NCBI GenBank assembly: GCA_964459335.1
Contig: CAYWJX010000001.1
Location: 33,642 to 97,641, forward strand
Origin: an uncultured Candidatus Saccharibacteria bacterium
GTDB lineage: Bacteria > Patescibacteriota > Minisyncoccia > Phycocordibacterales > SBAW01
Direction of reading: 5' to 3'
Length of the DNA: 64,000 nucleotides
A program made the translations under genes and the position numbers. Positions 10,701-20,145 of the stretch are shown here, in pieces. Position 1 is the stretch's first letter. The number at the start of each line of letters is the position of its first letter. A model generated the notes under the pieces. It saw only the letters and a list, made by a program, of their open reading frames with translations, was not told the origin of the DNA and ran no database searches.

Positions 10701-10721
10701 TACGGAGGTTAAACCTTCGTA
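10701..10721. repeat. GGAGGTTAAACC-type REP-like palindrome
   Basis: tacggaggttaaaccttcgta. Confidence 0.65.
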
Positions 10722-11037
10722 AGTTTGAATAATAACTTAAACAGGAATCGAAACCAAGAAAAATGACCCAGCCTAAGCTGAGTCATCAAATGTCATCGGC
10801 CTTCTCGCCGACGTAAGTTGTCATCGAGGAGACCAAAGTCATCCTCTTTTGCAAGATGCTTGTCATTCCACCGGTTGCTTCGCTCGACAATCTCGAGAAA
10901 ACCGCCGAGCATAAGGGCTATCACAGTTGCCCACCACGGTACGGTTATAATCATGGAAACCCTCCCCCAAACAAACTCGGGAACCGATCCGCGAGATATT
11001 ATACCACTTATATAAAAATAGAAAAGCCCCAGCATAT

Positions 11038-11072
11038 GGAGGTTTAACCTTTGACGGAGGTTTAACCTCCGT
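11038..11072. repeat. two GGAGGTTTAACCT REP-like palindromes downstream of atpC
   Basis: ggaggtttaacctttg and acggaggtttaacctccgt. Confidence 0.7.
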
Positions 11073-11076
11073 AAGG

Positions 11077-11313
11077 TTACAAAACTACGGTCGCACCGTC
11101 GCGGCGGACTTCTAGGACGCCGCCAAGGATTTGGAAGGTTTGGTCGGGCTCCTCGCCACCCAACCTTACTGTTATCACGCCCGCTTTGAGCGTGGTGATG
11201 AGCGGCATGTGCTCCGGGAGTACCGTCAACTGCCCTTCCGCGCCGGGCAAGGTCATTGAGACGGCTTCGCCGTCAAAAAGATTTTCGTTTACTTTTGCAA
11301 TTACAACTTTCAT
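11077..11313 (-). CDS. atpC: ATP synthase epsilon subunit (beta-sandwich only)
   Basis: LPGAEGQLTVLPEHMPLITTL..GGVLEV; last gene of the atp operon. Confidence 0.9.
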   Translation of the reverse strand: MKVVIAKVNENLFDGEAVSMTLPGAEGQLTVLPEHMPLITTLKAGVITVRLGGEEPDQTFQILGGVLEVRRDGATVVL

Positions 11314-11333
11314 GTTATTAGTTCCTGCCGCCA

Positions 11334-11390
11334 AAGTTTAAAAGAGTGCACTCCGGGCCGCTAGGCCAAGTCTAACCCTCTTTTAAACTT
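11334..11390. repeat. hairpin cassette family C (loop CTCCGGGCCGCTAGGC..AGTCT)
   Basis: 13 bp perfect arms aagtttaaaagag/ctcttttaaactt around a loop shared with 43538 and 52212. Confidence 0.8.
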
Positions 11391-11403
11391 CGTCGTCATA
11401 CAC

Positions 11404-12786
<1,383 letters not shown>

Positions 12787-12798
12787 TTATATTTTTAT

Positions 12799-13818
12799 TT
12801 AGTTTGCCATGGCCTCCATACCGCCGGTAATTTCGCTCACTTCGCGCGTAATCGACGCTTGTCGCGCTTTGTTAAATTGGAGCGTAAACGAGGTCTCAAG
12901 CTCCACCGCTTTGTCCGAAGCCGACTTCATCGACACCATCCGGGCGCTGTGCTCGGAGGCTTGCGACTCGAGCAATGCATGGTAAACAAAAATAGAAGCA
13001 AGACGCGGAAGGATGGCGGCAAGCACTTCGCCCTCGGACGGTTCTATGGTGTAGTTTAGGCGGGCTGCAGTTACTATGCCTCCGCCCTCGTCATCGGATG
13101 CGCGCGTCAGCATAGTAACTGCAACCCGCTCCTGCGTGGCAGGTGACCCGCGCCTTATTTGAATATCATCCACCACCCTTTCGAGCTCGATGAGCGAGAG
13201 TGGAAAAATGACGCGCAACGTGGGGCGCTGCTCAAAGGTTGAAATAAAATTTTGATAGGCAACTTTAACGACATCAACCCCACCCTGCGCAAAGCGCGCG
13301 GCCGCTTCGTGCACGAGCTCGGCGATAAATACCGAGTCGAGCTGGTCGGTGTTGGCATGATGCAAATCAACCGCAAATCCGCGCGCCACAAAAAAATCGT
13401 TGGCTTTGCGGCCGATTGCAACAATCGAAATATGTTCTTTTGAAAGACCGCTTGCCGCAATGTCGGCAGATGTTGCGCGGAGCACCGCTGAATTTAATGC
13501 GCCAGCCAAGCCTTTGTCGGATGTGATAACAATGTAGAGCGCTTGGCGCGGAGCAGTTGCCATGATGCCGTGCGCATCCGATGACGAGGACGGCAGCGTG
13601 GCAACTGCTCCGCGCGTCAACGGATTGTTTACAAGTTCACGCGCACCCGAAACGCGCACGAGGATTGAGACGGCCGCGCGAGCGTACGCGCGGCCTGCAA
13701 AAGCCCTACTCTGTGCCTTGCGCATTTTTGCAGCCGAAACCGCCTCCATGGCTTTGGTCACCTTTTGAGTTTTTTCGATCGAACGTATTTTTGTTTTTAT
13801 TGCTTTGAGTCCTGCCAT
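12799..13818 (-). CDS. atpG: ATP synthase gamma subunit with two hairpin-derived peptide insertions
   Basis: KVTKAME.VSAAK, TSDKGLAG, SEHSARM, FNKARQASITREVSEI. Confidence 0.95.
   Translation of the reverse strand: MAGLKAIKTKIRSIEKTQKVTKAMEAVSAAKMRKAQSRAFAGRAYARAAVSILVRVSGARELVNNPLTRGAVATLPSSSSDAHGIMATAPRQALYIVITSDKGLAGALNSAVLRATSADIAASGLSKEHISIVAIGRKANDFFVARGFAVDLHHANTDQLDSVFIAELVHEAAARFAQGGVDVVKVAYQNFISTFEQRPTLRVIFPLSLIELERVVDDIQIRRGSPATQERVAVTMLTRASDDEGGGIVTAARLNYTIEPSEGEVLAAILPRLASIFVYHALLESQASEHSARMVSMKSASDKAVELETSFTLQFNKARQASITREVSEITGGMEAMAN
13060..13129. repeat. hairpin cassette family B inside atpG
   Basis: 20 bp arms (19/20 complementary) around core cctcgtcatcggatgcgc. Confidence 0.85.
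13546..13615. repeat. hairpin cassette family B inside atpG (opposite orientation)
   Basis: 17 bp perfect outer arms around core gcgcatccgatgacgagg. Confidence 0.85.
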
Positions 13819-13821
13819 ACA

Positions 13822-15381
13822 TTATTGGAAGAGGTCGGGGTGTGTCTCTTTAAACGCACCAAGTTGCGTTTTAAGTTCTGCCTCTGTTTGTGCCGCCAAG
13901 TCGCGCGAGATTGCAATGCTACTCAGAATTTCTGGCGCCTCGGCTTGCAAAAACGCGAGCAATTTTTGCTCAAACTCGCCAATACGCGCCACTGGCACTT
14001 GTGCAAGGTAGCCGTTGACTGCCGCGTAAATGACGACAGCTTGTTCTTGAAACGGCAGTGGCTCCGCATTTTTTTGGCGAAGCACTGCCGTGAGGCGCTG
14101 GCCCGACTCGATGCTACGTTTGGTGTCGGCATCCAAATCTTGGCTAAACTGCATAAACGCCTCGAGCTCTCTAAATTGTGCGAGCTCAAGTTTTATTTTG
14201 CCGGAAACCTTTTTCATCGCTTTGGTCTGTGCGCTTGAGCCCACGCGCGACACCGAGTTGCCCACGTTGATAGCGGGGCGCGAGCCTTTGTTAAAAAGGT
14301 CGGTCTCCAAAAAGATTTGCCCGTCGGTAATCGAGATGACGTTGGTTGGGATGTAGCCCGAGATGTCGCCTTCTTGCGTTTCGATAATCGGGAGTGCAGT
14401 GAGCGAGCCGCCGCCGTTTGCTTCATTTAATTTTGCAGCGCGCTCAAGCAAGCGTGAGTGGAGATAAAACACATCGCCCGGATATGCCTCGCGGCCCGGC
14501 GGGCGGCGGAGGAGTAGCGATAGCTGGCGGTAGGCCACGGCATGCTTGGAGAGGTCGTCATATATAATGAGCGCGTCCATGCCTTTTTGCATAAAATATT
14601 CGCCGATGGCGGCGCCTGCAAACGGTGCCAAATATTGGAGCGCCGCCGGAGCCGACGCGCCTGCGTTCACCACAATCGTGTACTCCATCGCACCTGCCTC
14701 TTTAAGGAGCCCCACGAGGCGCGCGGTCTTGCTCTCTTTTTGACCTATAGCAACATAGATGCACACCGGGCGCGTTTCTTTGGGCTCGTTCTTTTGATTT
14801 AAAATCGTGTCCGTTGCGATGGTGGTTTTACCGGTGCCGCGGTCGCCGATGATAAGCTCGCGCTGTCCCCTGCCAATCGGGATCATCGAGTCGATTGCTT
14901 TAATGCCCGTATGGATCGGTGTGTTAACTCCTTTGCGGTCCATCACGCCGTAGGCCTCGCGCTCAACCGGATTGCGCTTTGTCGTTTCCATTTTACCAAG
15001 GCCGTCTTGCGGCTCGCCCAAGGGCGACACCACGCGGCCGAGCAATGCCTCGCCCACCGGTATCGAAAGTATCTCGCCTGTCGATACAACGGTCATACCC
15101 TCTTTAACTTTGCCCGCGTCGCCCAAAATAATTGCGCGGATCGACTCTTCCTCAAGATTTAAAATAACGCCAAAGACTTCGGAAACGGAATCAAGCGCGT
15201 TGGCAAGCGGCTTGCCTTCGTAGGTTTCAAAACGGATCATCTCGGACATCACCGCGCCTTCTAACCCATCGATTTCGGCAACGCCGTCGCCGACGCGTAT
15301 CACGTGGCCGAGGTTGTACGGCATCGCCTCGGGCGTAAATCCTTGTATCTCTTTTTTAAATTGTTCTATAAAATTTTCCAT
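13822..15381 (-). CDS. atpA: ATP synthase alpha subunit
   Basis: GDRGTGKT, RRPPGREAYPGDVFYLHSRLLER; start placed at MENFIEQ. Confidence 0.97.
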   Translation of the reverse strand: MENFIEQFKKEIQGFTPEAMPYNLGHVIRVGDGVAEIDGLEGAVMSEMIRFETYEGKPLANALDSVSEVFGVILNLEEESIRAIILGDAGKVKEGMTVVSTGEILSIPVGEALLGRVVSPLGEPQDGLGKMETTKRNPVEREAYGVMDRKGVNTPIHTGIKAIDSMIPIGRGQRELIIGDRGTGKTTIATDTILNQKNEPKETRPVCIYVAIGQKESKTARLVGLLKEAGAMEYTIVVNAGASAPAALQYLAPFAGAAIGEYFMQKGMDALIIYDDLSKHAVAYRQLSLLLRRPPGREAYPGDVFYLHSRLLERAAKLNEANGGGSLTALPIIETQEGDISGYIPTNVISITDGQIFLETDLFNKGSRPAINVGNSVSRVGSSAQTKAMKKVSGKIKLELAQFRELEAFMQFSQDLDADTKRSIESGQRLTAVLRQKNAEPLPFQEQAVVIYAAVNGYLAQVPVARIGEFEQKLLAFLQAEAPEILSSIAISRDLAAQTEAELKTQLGAFKETHPDLFQ

Positions 15382-15406
15382 GGCTATGTATGGTGAGCTT
15401 GTCGAA

Positions 15407-15667
15407 CTATTTTGTTTCAATCAGTTTTTTGTAGAGGCCGAGCAGGATGCGTGTGCGTTCTTTTAGGGGTGTGACGGCACTGCTTCGTGCCGCCCGCTCG
15501 GCTCCAATCTCGAGCTTTTGATACTCGCTTACTATTTTTGGCAGCAGTTTGAGATGCCCGCGCTTTGCCAAACTCGCGCGCAAGTTGGCAATGTATGTTG
15601 CACTCTTGCTTGGATTATTTAATACCAATTGGTGGAGCGCTCGTGCGTAGGATGCGGCGATAGTCAT
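15407..15667 (-). CDS. atpH: reduced ATP synthase delta-like subunit
   Basis: position between atpF and atpA; YARAL..L.KRGHLKLLPKI pattern; only 86 aa. Confidence 0.65.
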   Translation of the reverse strand: MTIAASYARALHQLVLNNPSKSATYIANLRASLAKRGHLKLLPKIVSEYQKLEIGAERAARSSAVTPLKERTRILLGLYKKLIETK

Positions 15668-15670
15668 ATA

Positions 15671-16135
15671 TTATTTTGTGAGCACTTGTGCTGAGTCTTG
15701 TCGAAGCATCTTTTCCATCCCCAACACGACCAGCTTTGCAACTTCTTGCTTGCTCTCCTCGATGGCCTGCGTTTTGAGCTCAACCGCCGCCGCTGCCGCC
15801 TCGGCAGTGGTGCGGGCCGCCGCCGCCTCGGCGGCGGCTACCATAGCGCGCTCCTTTTCCTCTGCGGATTTGCGCGCCTTTTTGAGCATCTCATCAGCCT
15901 CCTGCCCTGCCTCCGCAAGGATGCCGCTCTTTGCCGCCTCTATCTCGCGCAATTTAATCCCCGCCTGCTCGGCATTGTGCACGCCCTCGGCCACCTTTTG
16001 CCGGCGAGCTTCAAGCACACGCATGAGCGGCGCATAGAGAAAGTACCACAGCGCAAGCACTAAAAGCCCGAAGTTAATCGAGTCGATGAGGAGGAGTCTC
16101 CAATCAATGCCAAATGCTGCAAATACCGCGGACAT
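15671..16135 (-). CDS. atpF: ATP synthase b subunit
   Basis: GIDW..INF..L.YFLYAPL...LE.RR, TM plus coiled coil. Confidence 0.92.
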   Translation of the reverse strand: MSAVFAAFGIDWRLLLIDSINFGLLVLALWYFLYAPLMRVLEARRQKVAEGVHNAEQAGIKLREIEAAKSGILAEAGQEADEMLKKARKSAEEKERAMVAAAEAAAARTTAEAAAAAVELKTQAIEESKQEVAKLVVLGMEKMLRQDSAQVLTK

Positions 16136-16184
16136 CAGTTAATTCAGATAAACCAGTAAATTTAATTCTTCTTATATTGCATCA

Positions 16185-16421
<237 letters not shown>

Positions 16422-16447
16422 CTATTTAATGCTAACTAATAAATAAT

Positions 16448-17218
16448 TTAATGTGCTCCTTCCCTATGGGCCTCTTCTCCATGAGGTTCCATAATGGCCA
16501 ACTTGATAAACACCAAGGTGAGAAGCGCAAATATAGCCGCTTGGAGGAGACCGACAAAGGTCTCAAACAACATGAGCGGTACCGGGAGAAGATACGGCAA
16601 AAACGCCATTGCCACGGCCACCAGCACCTCGCCGGCGAAGATATTTCCAAAAAGACGGAAGGAAAACGATACGAGGCGCGCAAGATTGCCGATGATCTCC
16701 AAAAGCCCGACAAAAAAGCCCATCACGCCAGTTTTAAAGTTAACAAATTTTGAACCATACTTCAAGATGCCGAGCGCCACGATGCCGGAGACTTCGATGG
16801 TGACAAACGAAATAATTGCGAGCGCGAGCGTCATGTTGAGGTCGGCAGTGGCGGCGCGGAGTATCGGCACAAACACGCCGTTTTGCGTAACGCCTACCGA
16901 GCCAATGAGCGGAAAAAACTCAAGCTCGTTGGCGGTAAATACAAAAAGAAAAATCGTCACAATGAGAGGAAAAAAGCGTTCTGCAAGCGCGCGCGAGCCA
17001 AGTGTCTCTTCCATATAGTTGAGGACAAACTCAAAGAGCATCTCAAACACGTTTTGCATCTTGCCAGGTATCAAAGTAGGCCTGCGGCCGATAAAAAAAG
17101 CCGCAACAATAAGAACAATGATAGTAGCCCATGCGGCCACGAGCCCGTTGGTGATGGGGATACCAAACACACTCCCTAAGCGCTCCGCTGCGAGCGAAAT
17201 ATGCAAACCACCGCTCAT
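16448..17218 (-). CDS. atpB: ATP synthase a subunit
   Basis: TADLN.TL, SFSFRLFGNIFAGE, LQAAIF. Confidence 0.95.
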   Translation of the reverse strand: MSGGLHISLAAERLGSVFGIPITNGLVAAWATIIVLIVAAFFIGRRPTLIPGKMQNVFEMLFEFVLNYMEETLGSRALAERFFPLIVTIFLFVFTANELEFFPLIGSVGVTQNGVFVPILRAATADLNMTLALAIISFVTIEVSGIVALGILKYGSKFVNFKTGVMGFFVGLLEIIGNLARLVSFSFRLFGNIFAGEVLVAVAMAFLPYLLPVPLMLFETFVGLLQAAIFALLTLVFIKLAIMEPHGEEAHREGAH

Positions 17219-17228
17219 ATATGGCCCA

Positions 17229-17735
17229 CTATAACATAAAAACGCCAAAGATTCCTAACACCACCACTGCCACAATGAGGCCTGCTTCGCGGAGTAAATA
17301 CAGCGGATTGGTAGACTCTTTTTGAATTGCGGAGTGGAACTTTTGCAATGGCTCCATCCAATGCCAGCGCATTGTATAGTAGACAAACTGCAAGCCATCA
17401 GGCATCTGCCCTGCAAATGCACCGAGAAGTACGATGTAGAGCGGCACGTGGAAAAAATAAAAAAGAATGAGCGTTGCGAGTGCAAAGCCGAGCAAAGAAT
17501 CGGCAAGCACTATCGCAATGTCGTGCAAAAAATTTATACCGTGTTGTATGTGTGTTTGCAAAACGTCCTGCTTATTTTTTACCATCGAGCGCATAAAAAA
17601 GTGGCCCTCGTTCCAATGCGGGATAGAGTCGATAACAAAATGGCTTGCAAAGCCTAAAGCAAACCCAATCAAAGGCTGGCTAGGCACCAAGCTAGCGCAA
17701 GCAGCACCAACAACAGCATGAGTCGTTAAAGTCAT
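17229..17735 (-). CDS. membrane metal-dependent hydrolase-like protein
   Basis: TTH..VG, SHF.ID.IPH, PD and H motifs with TMs. Confidence 0.65.
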   Translation of the reverse strand: MTLTTHAVVGAACASLVPSQPLIGFALGFASHFVIDSIPHWNEGHFFMRSMVKNKQDVLQTHIQHGINFLHDIAIVLADSLLGFALATLILFYFFHVPLYIVLLGAFAGQMPDGLQFVYYTMRWHWMEPLQKFHSAIQKESTNPLYLLREAGLIVAVVVLGIFGVFML

Positions 17736-17862
17736 ATACTCAGTATAAACAAAATCATGGACAAAAGCATGCTCGTGTTATATCGTGTGGGCGGAGTCTA
17801 AGGACTCCTTGCCCTACGGGGCCGGTGGAACCACGGTTCCTTGAAATAGGTGGAGAAGATCG

Positions 17863-18588
17863 ATGTCTAAGGTCGGATTGGAACGATTTCGTGAAGATAA
17901 TCGCAAACTCGAAGAAATCAAACTCCAAGAACGCAAAAATCTTTTGGAAGACATGATTACGGACGAGAAAGAAGAGGGCGCTGCAAGCTTGCTCTCTTAC
18001 GTCAAAGAAGGTGTCTTGGGGTGCGCAAAATACAAAGAAGGAGAACATGATTGGGCTCTCTATGCGGTTACCTTGATGCCCTCTCTGTTCAAATTTGAGT
18101 ATTACGACCGTTTTGCGGAGTTAAAATACGCAATTTGGAAAGATGTAGTCGAGGCATGGCTCACTACTCCAACGCCGGAAGAAGAAAGGTTATTCTTGCA
18201 AGCTCTGCTTGGCAAACCGCACGAACAACCACGTGCCGATCAACCAGAAGGGCGGAAAATATGCGAAAAGCTCAAATCGATTATGCGCGATGCGATTAAC
18301 GCACATACGCACTATGGGAACATTGACAGGCTCGTACGAGCGCTCACGGCAGGGGCGGTCGAGGGTAATCTGCTTATTGACTCGCGTAACTATGATTTTG
18401 TGAACCTAATCAGCATGGCAATTGCCAAGCACTCAAGCCATTACCAAAATCGAGTCGCTGCTTTGTTTCTCGAGTTGTTTGGTATGAGTACCACTCCCTC
18501 AGAGGTAACTGATATAGCTCTCTACAAAGCTTTGGAACAAAACAAAGAATTGATAGCACAAGAGATTGCAAAATCTCAAAAATCTTAA
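17863..18588 (+). CDS. hypothetical protein
   Basis: 241 aa ORF with GGAG RBS and a downstream hairpin plus T-run. Confidence 0.7.
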   Translation: MSKVGLERFREDNRKLEEIKLQERKNLLEDMITDEKEEGAASLLSYVKEGVLGCAKYKEGEHDWALYAVTLMPSLFKFEYYDRFAELKYAIWKDVVEAWLTTPTPEEERLFLQALLGKPHEQPRADQPEGRKICEKLKSIMRDAINAHTHYGNIDRLVRALTAGAVEGNLLIDSRNYDFVNLISMAIAKHSSHYQNRVAALFLELFGMSTTPSEVTDIALYKALEQNKELIAQEIAKSQKS

Positions 18589-18646
18589 CTCAAGTACTTT
18601 AACCACCCCGCGACAAAATTCTGTCGCGGGTTTTTATTTTTTTCTG

Positions 18647-18719
18647 TGGACCGTAGCGGAGTCGAACCGCTGACCTCGTCAATGCGAATGACGCGCTCTA
18701 CCAGCTGAGCTAACGGCCC
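18647..18719 (-). tRNA. tRNA-Ala(CGC)
   Basis: GGGCCGT acceptor, CGTCA-TTCGCAT-TGACG, GGTTCGACT T-loop. Confidence 0.93.
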
Positions 18720-18952
18720 AATTTTTTCTTGAGAAAACGTCTGCCGGCCGCAGATTTAAAATAAACTTCACGCTTTCTCGCCTCTACAAAGGTATCAAAT
18801 TTTTCAACGTATACAACTGCCAATTCTTTCATGCGAGAAGTTGTCTTTGTTTTTCCTTGGGAATGTTCGATCAGTCTTCTTGGTAAATTATTTGTTACTC
18901 CCTTGTAAAATTTACCCTTATTATCCTGTAACACATATGCACTATATTCCAT
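18710..18952 (-). CDS. small GIY-YIG nuclease family protein
   Basis: YSAYVL..FYKGVTNNL.RRL.EH..EARKRE.YFKS..GR; stop codon lies inside the tRNA 5' end. Confidence 0.9.
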   Translation of the reverse strand: MEYSAYVLQDNKGKFYKGVTNNLPRRLIEHSQGKTKTTSRMKELAVVYVEKFDTFVEARKREVYFKSAAGRRFLKKKLGR

Positions 18953-18964
18953 ATTTTATTTTTG

Positions 18965-19084
18965 CCTCAGCAACCCGCCCGTACCGGACGTAGTCCGCTA
19001 CGTTCGGGCGGGTGCGAATGCAGCGTTTCCCGCCCGAACGACTGAGCTCGTTCAGTCGGGCGGGTACCACTTAACTACGGGCCC
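18965..19084 (-). pseudogene. 5' remnant of a tRNA-Ala(CGC) interrupted by two palindromic inserts
   Basis: Removing 19029-19064 and 18974-19012 gives GGGCCCGTAGTTAAGTGGTA-AAACG-CTGCA-TTCGCAT-TGCTG-AGG; no T arm. Confidence 0.75.
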
Positions 19085-19117
19085 TAATATAAAAAAATAT
19101 ATTAGTCAAAATCTAAG

Positions 19118-19188
19118 TCGGGGCGCCGAGAATCGAACTCGGGTTTCACCCACCCGAAGGGTGTATAATGCCACTATAAGACGCCCCG
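19118..19188 (-). tRNA. tRNA-Pro(CGG)
   Basis: CGGGGCG/CGCCCCG acceptor, CACCC-TTCGGGT-GGGTG, GTTCGATT T-loop; weak D stem. Confidence 0.85.
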
Positions 19189-19329
19189 ACTTAGATTTCG
19201 ACCGGCTGTATAACTCCACTATAAGACGCCCCGACACTGCCTCCGACTAACGTTGCAAATATAGCAATAAAAAAAGGGCCGAGCAACGCTCGACCCTTAA
19301 AGCATTCCGCATTTGTTTCTGAAATGCGG

Positions 19330-19698
19330 CTAATGGGGCGCCAAGCCATTGATCATATTACCAAGACAAGTGGCTGCGATTCCTAAATGTTTAGCGAAGG
19401 GCAGAAATTCCTTAATACGCCGCAGATGTTCTACTTCTGCAACGCGCCGCGGTTTGTTCTCTTCCATGATAAGTATGCTGCGGATCTCCCAATGATGTTC
19501 TTTGCGTCCGCCGTCGACAGCGCAAACGACCACCCTAACGTTGAGATGCTTGTCCGCCTTGCGATAAAAATCGAGTTCAACGCGGTCAACGTCGTCAGAA
19601 AAGCTTCCGAAAACGGTAGCCGATCTTACGATTTTGAATTCATTTCCTCCCACCACAACAGGGACGCGACTTTCTGTCTCTCGAAGCCGGAAGTCCAT
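19330..19698 (-). CDS. hypothetical protein
   Basis: 122 aa ORF with a purine-rich RBS and downstream hairpins. Confidence 0.55.
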   Translation of the reverse strand: MDFRLRETESRVPVVVGGNEFKIVRSATVFGSFSDDVDRVELDFYRKADKHLNVRVVVCAVDGGRKEHHWEIRSILIMEENKPRRVAEVEHLRRIKEFLPFAKHLGIAATCLGNMINGLAPH

Positions 19699-19944
19699 TT
19701 TTTCTTTTCCTTCCCCAATGTTCTTGTTGTCCGCTTGGCCTCATGTCAGCGGCACGGTAAAAACTTTACCACTAAATTTAGCCCTGTCCAGTTTTATTAT
19801 GAACAGACAACTTTGTGGTCACGAGTCGACTTTGCTCGTCAGCAAAGTCGCTCGCTACCCCGCCTCACTGCTACGCAAATGCGTAGCAACGTTCCGGCCT
19901 GCACCAAGACAAAAGAATCTGCCGCAGGGCAGATTCTTTTGTCT

Positions 19945-20021
19945 TGGTGCACCCTTCAGGATTCGAACCTGAGGCCTCACCCGTGTGAAGGGTGCGCTCT
20001 AACCAACTGAGCTAAGGGTGC
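19945..20021 (-). tRNA. tRNA-Val(CAC)
   Basis: GCACCCT acceptor, CACCC-TTCACAC-GGGTG, encoded CCA. Confidence 0.94.
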
Positions 20022-20072
20022 AAACATATACAGATTGCAATATATAGAGATTTTAGTAAAGTAATGAAGCAA

Positions 20073-20145
20073 GGGCCCTTAGCTCATTTGGTAGAGCGCC
20101 TCATTTGCAATGAGGAGGTGACCGGTTCGATCCCGGTAGGGTCCA
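20073..20145 (+). tRNA. tRNA-Ala(TGC), integration target
   Basis: GGGCCCT acceptor, CCTCA-TTTGCAA-TGAGG, GGTTCGATC. Confidence 0.95.

Noticed and set aside
18647-19084. Group I intron or split tRNA carrying a homing endonuclease
   Set aside because: No room for a ribozyme core, the downstream tRNA is complete, and the remnant's acceptor strand does not fully pair with it.
19387-20010. 207 aa plus-strand ORF
   Set aside because: Runs antisense over tRNA-Val, hairpins and another ORF.
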